Shown piece by piece: positions 1 to 8,647 of a stretch of 38,112 nt of DNA; the first letter of the stretch is position 1; each line of letters begins with the position of its first letter. The position numbers and the translations under genes were made by a program. This stretch comes from a virus (lineage: Duplodnaviria > Caudoviricetes). Location of the stretch: IMG/VR virus record IMGVR_UViG_3300037478_000244, positions 1 through 38,112 of that record. One strand, written 5' to 3'. The notes beneath the pieces are model-generated. The model saw only the letters and a program-made list of their open reading frames with translations, did not search any database and was not told the DNA's origin.

Positions 1-877
1 CGTGCATCACACTGGTCGCCTGCACCATCCGCTCGTAGTCCTGCTCGCCGAGCCAGCCGCCGGTGATCCGCGTCGCCGGCACTTTCGAGAGCTGCGACAG
101 CAGGCGGAACTCAAGCTGCCGCCGGCGCATCTCCAGCGAGAACACGACGACGCCGGCGCCGTGCATGGCCGCGTGCGCGCCGGTGTTGAGCACGAAGACG
201 GTCTTCCCGATCGACGGCCGAGCTGCGACGACGATCAGATCGCCGCGCTGCCAGCCGCTCGTCAGCTCGTTGATGCTGGCGTAGCCGGTCTCGATGCCGG
301 TGACCTGGCCGCGGAGCTTGTCGCGCGAGGCGATGTCGTCGAGCATGTCGCTGAGCGTGTCCTGCAGCGGCCGCAGCCGATCGCTGGTCTCGCCTTGTTG
401 CACGTCGAGAATCGTTCGGTCGGCGCGGGTCGCGATCTGATCGATCGGCACTTTCGTGTCGTACCCGTCATCGACCATGCGCTCGCCAGCATCGATCAAC
501 AACCGACGCTGCGCCAGCTCCTTCACGATCATCGCGTAGTGCTCGACGTTCGTGGAACGCGGGACGCCATCGGTCAAGGCGCTGATGTATGCCGGGCCGC
601 CGACTTCGTCCATATCGCGGCTGCGCACCAGCTCTTGGTTGAGCGTGACTAGGTCCACCTCGCGGCGCTGCTCATCGACTAGGCGCACGCACGCGGCGTA
701 CACCGCCTGGTGTGCGCGACGGAAGAAGTCATCGGGATGCAGTAGCCGCTGTGCTTTCGGCAGCGCCGTCGGGTTGAGAATGATCGCGCCGAGCACGGCG
801 CGCTCGGCTTCCAGGTTGTGCGGACGGACGCGGTCTTCGACTGGGAGCGGCGGTGGGACGCGACCGCGGCCGCTCAC
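1..877 (-). CDS. dnaB: Replicative DNA helicase DnaB, N-terminal part (runs off the window's left edge; missing from the ORF track)
   Basis: Manual translation from GTG at 877 (GTGA overlap with the upstream stop) gives PHNLEAERAVLGAII, PDDFFRRAHQ, GGPAYISALTDGVPRSTNVEHYA, Walker A DLIVVAARPSIGKT and VVFSLEM, all canonical DnaB motifs. Confidence 0.95.
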   Translation of the reverse strand, partial: MSGRGRVPPPLPVEDRVRPHNLEAERAVLGAIILNPTALPKAQRLLHPDDFFRRAHQAVYAACVRLVDEQRREVDLVTLNQELVRSRDMDEVGGPAYISALTDGVPRSTNVEHYAMIVKELAQRRLLIDAGERMVDDGYDTKVPIDQIATRADRTILDVQQGETSDRLRPLQDTLSDMLDDIASRDKLRGQVTGIETGYASINELTSGWQRGDLIVVAARPSIGKTVFVLNTGAHAAMHGAGVVVFSLEMRRRQLEFRLLSQLSKVPATRITGGWLGEQDYERMVQATSVMH

Positions 878-1356
878 CGGGCCCCCGCGCGGACTTCGTC
901 GAGCTGCTTCCGCGTGTGCTCCTGCTCGGACCCGCACCGCGGGGTGTGTATGCACCCGACGACGTACGTCGACGGGTTCCCGGTCGTCAGCTTGTTGATC
1001 GACGCGCAGAAGATCGGCAGCGAGTACTTGCCCTCGACGATGAACCGCTCGGTCTGCCGGAAGTACGATCGTACGCGCGCCGCCACTTCCTCGACGGGCA
1101 GCGTCTTGAGGATGCGCTTTAGGCTGGCCATGTCCTTCGCGCCATTGACGACGTACTGCTCGCCGGGGAACTTCCGCTTCCAGTGCTCGACGAAGTAGTC
1201 AAGGATGCGCTTCGCATTCTGGCCGATCGTGGGCTCCGCTTCGATGAGCGCGCGCAGCTCGGCGAGCAGCTCGGCGCCCTTCGCCTGGTGCGCGTCGAGC
1301 TTGCCGAGTAGCTCCAGGGTCTTCGCCTGCGTGATCGTGATCCCCTTAGTCAGCAT
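874..1356 (-). CDS. Hypothetical replication-associated protein (possible helicase loader/initiator)
   Basis: ATG 1356 with GGAGG at 1362-1366; translationally coupled to dnaB; function inferred from position only. Confidence 0.6.
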   Translation of the reverse strand: MLTKGITITQAKTLELLGKLDAHQAKGAELLAELRALIEAEPTIGQNAKRILDYFVEHWKRKFPGEQYVVNGAKDMASLKRILKTLPVEEVAARVRSYFRQTERFIVEGKYSLPIFCASINKLTTGNPSTYVVGCIHTPRCGSEQEHTRKQLDEVRAGAR

Positions 1357-1366
1357 TAGATCCTCC

Positions 1367-1680
1367 GTGATCTGTACAGCCCCCCGACATCTTTTTCCCA
1401 CCGCGCAGGAAAAAGTGCAGACCCGAACCCGCCTACCCGACGGCGGTGGGGACCGGGCGCGGAGATGTCGGCAGCGCGCTTCCCGGGACGTTTACGGCCG
1501 AGTGTTGGGGGTTGCGAAAACGAAGGGGGGCTGAGCTAGAATGGAGCCCTGCGCCGCTTCGCTGTTCACGCCAGCGACTCGGTTTTCGGCCGGCCGGGGT
1601 TCTACGCCCCGTGCCGGCCGTGTTGTTGTACGCCAGGTGGTTGATCGAGATCAAGCACCTGCACCAGGACGGTGCAGGTC
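1367..1680 (-). ncRNA. Structured intergenic region / candidate leader RNA upstream of the replication genes
   Basis: No convincing ORF; many inverted repeats (see findings). Confidence 0.4.
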
Positions 1681-2173
1681 ACTTCTTGTTGAACTCGGGA
1701 CGCCAGTCGTAGCGGCGCTCCGACACGAACTCGTTCAGGTTCGACTGCGCCAGCGCCAGCCGCTCCTGCAGCAGCGCGTACTGGTCGCGCTCCCCGGGCG
1801 TGAACCGGCGGCAGACCTGCTCGCCGAATGGATGCGCGCCGAGCTTCTGCTTCTTGCCGTCGACTGACGTCACCAGGAGATCGCGCGTGCGATCGCTGAA
1901 GCCGCGCAGGGTGAAGTCGATCGCCTCCGTCCCGCGCGAATAGTCCCCGGTCGCGTAGCGATCCGACTTCGTGCTGATGCCGATCACGGTGACGTCGACT
2001 GGCTTGGCGGCGCTGCTCTTCTTCAGCGACGCCGTGATCTTCTCTTCCACCTCGACCAGGGTCTTACCGCTCACGCTTCCGTGCTCGCCGGCGTCCGCGC
2101 TGAACGTGCCGTTGCTGTCGACTTCGAACTCGACGTGTGTCCCGTAGATCGTCTGTGTTTTCAGTTTCGCCAT
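1679..2173 (-). CDS. Hypothetical protein (MAKLKTQ...)
   Basis: ATG 2173 preceded by CAACGGAGG; protein-like composition. Confidence 0.75.
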   Translation of the reverse strand: MAKLKTQTIYGTHVEFEVDSNGTFSADAGEHGSVSGKTLVEVEEKITASLKKSSAAKPVDVTVIGISTKSDRYATGDYSRGTEAIDFTLRGFSDRTRDLLVTSVDGKKQKLGAHPFGEQVCRRFTPGERDQYALLQERLALAQSNLNEFVSERRYDWRPEFNKK

Positions 2174-2435
2174 GACTGCCTCCGTTGATGACTGCCAGGG
2201 TCGCGCCGGCGTCGACGTCGACCGTGCCCTGCACAACCAGGTACGCCCTGGGATGGTCCGACTGGGGTCCGTCGTACCGAGAGTCGCAGCGGCCGCGGAT
2301 CTCGAACCGCTGCACCACCACGTAGTGCCCGAGCCACTGCACCGCCCACACGCGGCCGTCGGGACGGCTCAGCGCGTCGCGGCCGTCGATGTGGATCCAG
2401 ACTTCGCCAGGGAGCTGCGGGCGCTTGTGTGTCAT
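2064..2435 (-). CDS. Hypothetical protein
   Basis: Fills the gap in the operon; the C-terminal tail overlaps the next gene by ~110 nt. Confidence 0.5.
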   Translation of the reverse strand: MTHKRPQLPGEVWIHIDGRDALSRPDGRVWAVQWLGHYVVVQRFEIRGRCDSRYDGPQSDHPRAYLVVQGTVDVDAGATLAVINGGSHGETENTDDLRDTRRVRSRQQRHVQRGRRRARKRER

Positions 2436-2448
2436 CGCGCCCGAGACT

Positions 2449-2964
2449 CTACTCGAAGTACACGCCGATCGGGTCGTGATGACCCGGCCAGCACGCGACC
2501 GCGCGCACCGCGAACGTGTCGACGACCTGGGCGCCGAACAGCTCGACGAGCTTCTCGCGGCTGTGCTGGCGCTGGATCAGGTCGACGATGCGCTGCGCGT
2601 CGCCTGGCGTCGGCTGCATGTACCGGCCGTTCGTCGGGCCGGTGATCGTACGCATACCGTCGCGGCCGATGTGCGTCGCCACGAAGCGGACGACGTGACG
2701 CTCGGCGGCGCGGCGGTTGGCCAGGTGCTCGTCGCCGGTCTCGGCGTACTGGCGCTGCTGCGCGTCCAGCTCGGTCGTGCGACGCACGTCAGTGAGGATC
2801 ATCTGCGCCAGCTCGCCGCACTCGCTCGCATCGGCGGCGCCGGCGCGGACCTGATCGGCGACCTGGTCGCAGATCGCGAAGCTCTCGTGTTGGATGCGCG
2901 CGATCCCGTTGACGTAGAGGGTCCAGTACTGGCCCTCCTGCTTCAGCTCGACAGCCACGATCAT
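2449..2964 (-). CDS. Hypothetical protein
   Basis: ATGA overlap with the upstream gene, GGAGG RBS. Confidence 0.7.
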   Translation of the reverse strand: MIVAVELKQEGQYWTLYVNGIARIQHESFAICDQVADQVRAGAADASECGELAQMILTDVRRTTELDAQQRQYAETGDEHLANRRAAERHVVRFVATHIGRDGMRTITGPTNGRYMQPTPGDAQRIVDLIQRQHSREKLVELFGAQVVDTFAVRAVACWPGHHDPIGVYFE

Positions 2965-3194
2965 GACAACACCTCCAGGGTGAGCACCTCAAGCGGGAAG
3001 CTCGACACCTCCGCCGGCACGCGGCTCGTGGTGAGCCGCAGGCCGTTGGCGACGCGGAAGCCGTCGAGCCAGGCCAGGCGGCCGCCGAGCAGCGCGTAGC
3101 TGGTCAGCGTGTAGATCTCGCCGCCGGCGACGAACGACGATCCGTGCTCGACGGGCACGACGACGAGCGGGATGACGACGCCCTGGCCGCTCAC
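2961..3194 (-). CDS. Small hypothetical protein
   Basis: GTG 3194 overlaps the stop of the upstream gene (GTGA); coupled on both sides. Confidence 0.55.
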   Translation of the reverse strand: MSGQGVVIPLVVVPVEHGSSFVAGGEIYTLTSYALLGGRLAWLDGFRVANGLRLTTSRVPAEVSSFPLEVLTLEVLS

Positions 3195-3418
3195 TGGATC
3201 ACCACCAGGCCGTCGTTCTCGATGCCGAAGAGAATGTCGCCGATGTAGCGGTGCTCGATGACGACGCCACCCGCCCACCGCTGTGCGTCGGCCGGCAGGT
3301 TCTGAAAGATCCACTCGTACGCGGCTTGCGAATGCGGGTGCAGGATGTAGATGGTGCCCTCGTTCTGGACCACGAAGTCGGGCTGAACAGACGCTTGAAC
3401 CGAAGTGCCACTCGCCAT
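3191..3418 (-). CDS. Small phage early protein of unknown function (DFVVQNEGTIYILHP...IEHRYI)
   Basis: ATG 3418 after GGAGGTTACG, directly downstream of a promoter. Confidence 0.8.
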   Translation of the reverse strand: MASGTSVQASVQPDFVVQNEGTIYILHPHSQAAYEWIFQNLPADAQRWAGGVVIEHRYIGDILFGIENDGLVVIQ

Positions 3419-3437
3419 GGCGTAACCTCCGCCGACC

Positions 3438-3470
3438 ATTATCCGGCCGGCGGGGACTTCTTGTCAAGAA
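3438..3470 (-). promoter_or_regulatory. Sigma70-type promoter PA with palindromic operator TTCTTGACAAGAA
   Basis: -35 TTGACA (3462-3467), 18-nt spacer, -10 GATAAT (3438-3443), RBS just downstream. Confidence 0.8.
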
Positions 3471-3471
3471 C

Positions 3472-3690
3472 TCACACCTCGACCCGGTTCGGGACGTAGT
3501 CGCCGCAGGCGCAGTCGTTGACCGTGCAGACGCGCAGCCCAGTGCGGTGCGGCTGATGCTGCGCGCTTGTGTGCCCGCACGTGTCGCAGGCGTCCTGCAC
3601 CGCCGTGTAGGCGTACTCCAGCTCCGCGCGATACAGGTTGACGGCGCGCCGGCGCAGGGCGCGCTCCCTGGGACTGATCCATCTCGCCAT
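3472..3690 (-). CDS. Small Cys/His-rich (zinc-finger-like) protein
   Basis: ATG 3690 after CAACGGAGG; CDTCGH...H...C...CAC pattern. Confidence 0.65.
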   Translation of the reverse strand: MARWISPRERALRRRAVNLYRAELEYAYTAVQDACDTCGHTSAQHQPHRTGLRVCTVNDCACGDYVPNRVEV

Positions 3691-3790
3691 GGTGGCCCTC
3701 CGTTGAATGCGACGGGCCCGGCAGCGTGTAGCCACCGGGCCCGTCTTCCGCGGGCGTCTCAGCGCCGGCGGGGTCTATGCCTGACTGGCG

Positions 3791-4582
3791 TTAGACCGCG
3801 AGCAGCGGTTCGGGCTGTACCGCCACCACCTCGCCGTCGACGATCTCGCCCGTTGCCTGGGAGAAGAGCCGGCCGAGGGCGACCGTCGCTCCGAAGCGCC
3901 GCACCGGCGTCAGGTCGCGCATGGCGCGCGTGAACGCATTGTGCAGCCCCCACAGCGTGCGCTCCAGGGTCTCCGGGGTGTTGGCCTGAGTCGGCCGGAA
4001 GTAGAACTCGTCGACGTCATCGAAGAGTCGCGACGGCACGACGCCGGCCGCGAAGGCATCGTAGATGATCTGCTTCGCGACGACGTCGCGGATCTGCTTC
4101 GCCTGCAGCCGCGCGATCTCCAGGTCGTACGCCGTCGCGTGCTGCAGGAACTTGTCGAAGCCGCGCGCGATCGCGTCCGCGAGATCCAGGCCGGTGGTGT
4201 TCTTGCGCTGGATCGCGAACTCCGATCCGCTGAGCGCCAGGTTGTCGCAGACGAAGACGCTCACGCCGGCGACCGCGCGGATCGCCATGCTGGTGTCGAC
4301 CGCGTTGCGGAAGCCGAGCGCCAGCGCGCGCTGCGTGTTGGTGCCCTGCAGGTTGATGATGCCGAACAGCGCGTTGCCCTTCGCCCCGAGCGCGAACTGC
4401 TCACGCTCGATCGCGTAGCCGCGGATCGCGATCTCCTGGCGGAGCCCGTCGATCAGCCGCGCGTGCGGGACCGGCTTGTGATGACGGCCGAGCGCCACCG
4501 GGAGCGGCAGCGCCGCGATCTCGTTGTAGCTCGCCAGCTTCGACTCGAACTTCGGGTTGTGCAGGATCAGGTCGCTCGCCAT
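3791..4582 (-). CDS. DUF932-family protein
   Basis: ATG 4582 after GGAGGTTACG; motifs GFRNAVDTSMAI...VFVCDNLALSG and TLWGLHNAFTR typical of DUF932. Confidence 0.8.
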   Translation of the reverse strand: MASDLILHNPKFESKLASYNEIAALPLPVALGRHHKPVPHARLIDGLRQEIAIRGYAIEREQFALGAKGNALFGIINLQGTNTQRALALGFRNAVDTSMAIRAVAGVSVFVCDNLALSGSEFAIQRKNTTGLDLADAIARGFDKFLQHATAYDLEIARLQAKQIRDVVAKQIIYDAFAAGVVPSRLFDDVDEFYFRPTQANTPETLERTLWGLHNAFTRAMRDLTPVRRFGATVALGRLFSQATGEIVDGEVVAVQPEPLLAV

Positions 4583-4608
4583 GGTTCGTAACCTCCTGCC
4601 GGGGATGC

Positions 4609-4644
4609 AAAAAGGCCCGGCACCACCGAGTATGGGGCCGGGCC
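4609..4644 (-). terminator. Rho-independent terminator overlapping promoter PB
   Basis: Stem GGCCCGGC/GCCGGGCC (4614-4621, 4637-4644) followed by TTTTT on the - strand. Confidence 0.6.
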
Positions 4645-4660
4645 GACTTCTTGTCAAGAA
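4629..4660 (-). promoter_or_regulatory. Sigma70-type promoter PB with palindromic operator
   Basis: -35 TTGACA (4652-4657), 17-nt spacer, -10 CATACT (4629-4634); TTCTTGACAAGAA at 4648-4660. Confidence 0.8.
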
Positions 4661-4683
4661 CTTCTTCCGCGTCCGGTAGCGCG

Positions 4684-4953
4684 TCAGTCGCCCTGCCGGT
4701 CGATGTCTTCGAGCAGCGTCGCCAGCTCCTCCTGTACGGCCTGGAGCCGGCCCTCCATCTTCTGCCATTCGGCCGTCGCCACACGCAGCGCTGAGCCCGC
4801 CTGGCCGGCGTCCTGCGGGTAGTAGTCGCGCCCGTTCGGGCAGACCCCCTGGAGCGCCCGGCGCGCCTCTCCCAGGGCGCTGTAGGCGGTCCTGGCGGCC
4901 TCCAGCAGATCAGCCTTGCCGGTGCCGTTGAGGTGGACGGTCGGGGCCCTCAC
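4684..4953 (-). CDS. Small hypothetical protein (PTVHLNGT...PNGRDYYPQ)
   Basis: GTGA coupling to the upstream gene; coherent protein sequence. Confidence 0.75.
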   Translation of the reverse strand: MRAPTVHLNGTGKADLLEAARTAYSALGEARRALQGVCPNGRDYYPQDAGQAGSALRVATAEWQKMEGRLQAVQEELATLLEDIDRQGD

Positions 4954-5348
4954 TTGGCACCGCCCTTCTGGCGGCCCTGGCGGGCCCTGGCGCGACGCAG
5001 GGCCTCGGGGTTCCCGATGGCCTGCCCCCGCAGCCGGCGCGTCTCCAGGCCCCGCCGAGCCGCCCGGCGCCGGCTCCTGGCGGTGAGCTGGTCCCGGTGC
5101 CTGGCCAGGGTGGCGGTGACCTGCGCCGGCAGGACGAACCGGGTGCCCCCGGTCGCGTCGACGCGCTGGATGAAGACCCGGTCGCTGCCGTCGTCGAGCC
5201 GGTACGTCTCGATGACCCAGGTCTCCGTGTTGCCGTAGAAGTCCCGCGTGTAGACCGTCGACCCAGAGCCGATCGACTCGGGGTTGTCCTTCACGCGGCG
5301 CAGCTCCTGTGAGAACGCATCTTGCGGGATCGGTGTGTCAGTCGCCAT
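4950..5348 (-). CDS. Hypothetical protein with basic C-terminus
   Basis: ATG 5348 after CAACGGAGG. Confidence 0.75.
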   Translation of the reverse strand: MATDTPIPQDAFSQELRRVKDNPESIGSGSTVYTRDFYGNTETWVIETYRLDDGSDRVFIQRVDATGGTRFVLPAQVTATLARHRDQLTARSRRRAARRGLETRRLRGQAIGNPEALRRARARQGRQKGGAK

Positions 5349-5526
5349 GGTGTGTACCTCCGTTGGTGGTTGATGCCCGCCTCGCCGCGGGCGCTTTGAG
5401 CACGTGACCTGGTTCCGTGGAGCCACCGCCCGTGCAGTACCGCTCGTGACAGTCGGCGCAGCACCCGTTCGTGCAGCGGCCGGTGGCCATGGACGTCGGC
5501 GCTTGACAGACGACGCAGGGGCGCAC
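5338..5526 (-). CDS. Small Cys-rich protein
   Basis: CVVC...CTNGCCADCH...C; fills the operon gap. Confidence 0.5.
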   Translation of the reverse strand: MRPCVVCQAPTSMATGRCTNGCCADCHERYCTGGGSTEPGHVLKAPAARRASTTNGGTHHGD

Positions 5527-5528
5527 CG

Positions 5529-6539
5529 CTACACGACCTTCGTGTCGCGCTTCACGCGCACGCCGGGCCAGCGGTTGACGATCGGCTCCAGGTCGCGCGC
5601 GTACTGGTTCATCTTCACTAGGTCGATCATCAGCACGTCGCGCGGGATGCCGAGCTTTCCGTCGAAGACCGCCGCGATGAACGCCTCGGGGTCGGTGATC
5701 TCCGCGCTGCGCGTCGTGCGCTCGGTCGCGCCGGCGGCCTTCCGCACATCCGGCTTCACTTCGACCTGCTCCGTGATCAGCGGCTCTGCGCGCACCGCCC
5801 GCTGCTGCGCGCGGATCGCCGCGGCATCCTTCAGCGCTTGGATCGCCTTCTCGATCTTCACGGTCATCATCAGCCGCTGCGCCTGCTTCGCCGCGTCTTT
5901 GTAGCCAGCGAACTGCGCGGCACGGATCGCGTTGTCGGTGCGGAGGTACTCGTCGACGAACCGCCGCTCGCGTTCGCTGAGATCCGGTGACTCCGCTTCC
6001 TTCCGCAGCGCGATGATCTCCAGCTCGGCCAGCTCACGGTCGCGCTGCTCCTGTGCCTCGCGATCGATCCGCTCCTGCTCGCGGCGCCGCTCTTCTTCCG
6101 CGCGCCGGCGCTCGGCCGCAGTGTAGTCAACGTGGAGACGGTTGCCGATCGCGGATGCTTCGGTGAGCGCGTTGATCCCGACGTCGCGCTTCGCCGTCGC
6201 GCGTCGGTGCAGTCGATGGAGCAGCGCGGCTGGACCAGGCGCGGCCGCGTTGCCGTTCCAGTGTTCCTCGATCGTCTTCTTGCCCTGGTTGTAGCGCTGA
6301 ATGGTGTGTTGCAGGGCGGCGTCTTCGTCGCCGTTCTTCGGGAGCTTCAGCTTCTGCGCTTCGGACAGGAGCTGCAGCGCGCGGGTCTCGTACTTGTTGG
6401 CCGTCGTGATGAACTCGGCGGCCCTCTTCAGCCAGGCGATCAGGCCGGCGCCGACTGACTGCACGAAGTCGAGATCGAACTTCTGCTCAGCCGGCGCCAG
6501 CACGTCGTCGCGTTGAACCGTTGTCGTCTTCTTCGCCAT
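5529..6539 (-). CDS. Coiled-coil protein (Gam/Gp157-like recombination-module protein) with an internal terminase-small-subunit-like HTH
   Basis: ATG 6539 after promoter PC and GGAGG; long charged coiled coil; LSERERRFVDEYL...NAIRAAQFAGY segment; C-terminal ...WPGVRV. Confidence 0.6.
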   Translation of the reverse strand: MAKKTTTVQRDDVLAPAEQKFDLDFVQSVGAGLIAWLKRAAEFITTANKYETRALQLLSEAQKLKLPKNGDEDAALQHTIQRYNQGKKTIEEHWNGNAAAPGPAALLHRLHRRATAKRDVGINALTEASAIGNRLHVDYTAAERRRAEEERRREQERIDREAQEQRDRELAELEIIALRKEAESPDLSERERRFVDEYLRTDNAIRAAQFAGYKDAAKQAQRLMMTVKIEKAIQALKDAAAIRAQQRAVRAEPLITEQVEVKPDVRKAAGATERTTRSAEITDPEAFIAAVFDGKLGIPRDVLMIDLVKMNQYARDLEPIVNRWPGVRVKRDTKVV

Positions 6540-6560
6540 TGCGGATAACCTCCGCCGGCG

Positions 6561-6590
6561 ATGATACGAGCTGGCGCGACTTCTTGTCAA
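6561..6590 (-). promoter_or_regulatory. Sigma70-type promoter PC with partial operator
   Basis: -35 TTGACA (6585-6590) followed by AGAAGTC as in PA/PB, 18-nt spacer, -10 TATCAT (6561-6566). Confidence 0.8.
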
Positions 6591-6594
6591 ATAG

Positions 6595-7212
6595 TCAGCG
6601 TGTGACCTGCCCTGTCACACGCGGGAGCGTGAACAGCTCGCCGTAGGTCCGACACCTCGACACGTTCGCGTTGTCGCGATAGGTCACCGGCAGCTCGATG
6701 CCGCCGATCACCTCGGGCGCGTCCGGGTGCAGCACGAGCAGCGCGATCGCCCCTGCCACGGGATCGCCGCCAGCGTCGATACTGAGCTGGTGATACACGC
6801 GGCGCAGCAGCGTCGCGCGATCCACCGGCGGAGCCGGTTGCTGCAGCTCGCGCTCCGCCCACTCTGCGACACCGACCGCGTCGCGGATCGCGTCGTCGCG
6901 CGTGTCGCCGACGCCGATAACCAGGCCGTCGTAGTCGGAGACGCCGGTGTTCAGCCACACTTCCCAGTGTCCGTCAGGATCTTCGACGAGGTGCAGCTCG
7001 GGTTGTCCACGATCCGGGTGCGGGATGCGCTGCCGCGTTTCAGGATCGCCGTCGTCGCCGGCGAGGACGCGCTGTTTGTAGCGCTCGCGTGTCTGCTGTC
7101 CCCAGGGCCCACGCGCCGCCCTCGGCCTGAACTCGATCGGCGGTTGCGGAAAGCAGCGTCCGCACTCCGGGTCGCCGCACACGCACGGTTCGTTCGTTCT
7201 CGCCATCGTCAT
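6595..7212 (-). CDS. Hypothetical protein with N-terminal CxCxxxxCxxC
   Basis: GGGAGG RBS; ORF track. Confidence 0.7.
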   Translation of the reverse strand: MTMARTNEPCVCGDPECGRCFPQPPIEFRPRAARGPWGQQTRERYKQRVLAGDDGDPETRQRIPHPDRGQPELHLVEDPDGHWEVWLNTGVSDYDGLVIGVGDTRDDAIRDAVGVAEWAERELQQPAPPVDRATLLRRVYHQLSIDAGGDPVAGAIALLVLHPDAPEVIGGIELPVTYRDNANVSRCRTYGELFTLPRVTGQVTR

Positions 7213-7280
7213 ACCTCCCGTGGTTCGCCTGACTGGTGGCCCTCGCTACCACGGGGCGAGGGCCACCATGTTCGACTAGT

Positions 7281-7499
7281 TCATTCGACGTTCGCGGTGA
7301 AGTCTTCCTCTGTGCATTCAGCGTAGAAGTTGTATACCTCCGGCTCCATCGTGTACGTGCGACCCTCTGCCATTGCCTCGTTGATCCCGTCGCGGATCGC
7401 CTGGCAGAGCTGGGCCTTCGTGGCTTCCGCGCCAAACATTGCCGCCGCGATCGCCGCGAGCAGCGCCATGGTGAAGATCAGTACGGGTAGCATGTTCAC
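7281..7499 (-). CDS. Small protein with N-terminal hydrophobic helix
   Basis: GTGA coupling, GGAGG RBS, MLPVLIFTMALLAAIAAAMFG. Confidence 0.6.
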   Translation of the reverse strand: MNMLPVLIFTMALLAAIAAAMFGAEATKAQLCQAIRDGINEAMAEGRTYTMEPEVYNFYAECTEEDFTANVE

Positions 7500-8038
7500 A
7501 CCTCCATTGATGCCAGCTCAGTGAGTACGTCTTCCGCCCAGTCGTCGGGAGCGGCGCCGACGCCAGGGGCGGTCTCGATCCAGATCGGACGCCATCGCCC
7601 GATCTCCGAAAGCAGGTTCTGCGCGAACTCGCGACGCTCAGGTGTCCAGCCCGGCATCGCCAGGATGTCGATCTCCCACCGCACCGGCCCATCGAAACCG
7701 CGATCGGTCAGCGGCACGTGTCGCAGCGTCCCCTTGTGTCGACTGAAGGGCGCGTCCTGGTGGCGCCACTTGCAGAGCAGCGCCATCAGCGCCGTCGTCG
7801 ATCGATCGCCGGTCGGGTTGCCGCCCATGCCGCGGTGCTGCGCGTGCGACACCTCGGGCCAGGCTTTCATCGTCATCCCGAGTCGCCGACACCCGCACCG
7901 CGGGAACCGGCAGACCTTGTCGCGCTTGCGCACCTCGGCCGCGGCGTCCTTCACGACCTTCTTCCGTCGACGGCGCCGGCGGTTGCGCTCGCGGCGCAGC
8001 GCGTCGCGGCCGCGCTTCCACAGGGGCTCGGCGCTCAC
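7496..8038 (-). CDS. HNH-like endonuclease
   Basis: GTG 8038 coupled to the nuclease gene; RKRDKVCRFPRC...EVSH..HRGMGG...LLCKWRH fits a zinc-binding HNH layout. Confidence 0.65.
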   Translation of the reverse strand: MSAEPLWKRGRDALRRERNRRRRRRKKVVKDAAAEVRKRDKVCRFPRCGCRRLGMTMKAWPEVSHAQHRGMGGNPTGDRSTTALMALLCKWRHQDAPFSRHKGTLRHVPLTDRGFDGPVRWEIDILAMPGWTPERREFAQNLLSEIGRWRPIWIETAPGVGAAPDDWAEDVLTELASMEV

Positions 8039-8616
8039 CGCACGTACCTCTTGATGATCCGCCGCGCTTCGTGGAAGTCGCGCTCGTCGAGGTGCCGATC
8101 GATCCGATAGCGGCCGTCGGGTTTCACGTACTCGACGTAGCGGTGGACGTACTCCGCGGGCACGCCGGCCTCCTCCTCGATCACGAGCGCCTGCAGCGCG
8201 GTCTGGATCGCGTGACTCTTGTCGATCTGGCCGCTCTTCACTTCCCACACCGACAGCGCGTCGTACACCAGCGCGACGCGATCGGGCCGGCCGCCGAAGC
8301 GCAGCTTCGAATGCACGAACGGCGTCTCGATGTGGCGCCAGGTCGGCTTCACGATCTCGGTGCAGACGACATGCGCGAGCAGGTACGGGCGGAACTGGCT
8401 CATACAGTCGTCCGGGTCGAGCGCTCGCAGGTCGTACTCCGCGGTCAGCCGATGCACGGCGCGGCCGCGGGCGCTGTGCTCTTCCTCAAACCAGCGCTCG
8501 TTGGTCCAGCCAGAGACGGTCAGCAGCTCCGTGATGTGCTTGAACGTCCCGCCGTCGAGATCGAAGTAGATGTGCTGCTCCGCGTCGAAGCGGAAGCTCG
8601 CCTGCGTGCTCGCCAT
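8035..8616 (-). CDS. PD-(D/E)XK (Cas4/RecB-like) exonuclease
   Basis: GRAVH, IE...GRPD...WEVKSG...IQTALQ motifs; near ERF. Confidence 0.8.
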   Translation of the reverse strand: MASTQASFRFDAEQHIYFDLDGGTFKHITELLTVSGWTNERWFEEEHSARGRAVHRLTAEYDLRALDPDDCMSQFRPYLLAHVVCTEIVKPTWRHIETPFVHSKLRFGGRPDRVALVYDALSVWEVKSGQIDKSHAIQTALQALVIEEEAGVPAEYVHRYVEYVKPDGRYRIDRHLDERDFHEARRIIKRYVR

Positions 8617-8647
8617 GTCACCTCCGGCCGGGGAGTCTACACCCCGT

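Noticed and set aside
1512-1542. + strand promoter TTGCGA...TAGAAT
   Set aside because: 19-nt spacer and no supported + strand gene; not excluded as an antisense RNA promoter
8035-8616. Cas4 of a CRISPR system
   Set aside because: No Fe-S cysteine cluster, no cas genes or array; near ERF, so a recombination exonuclease
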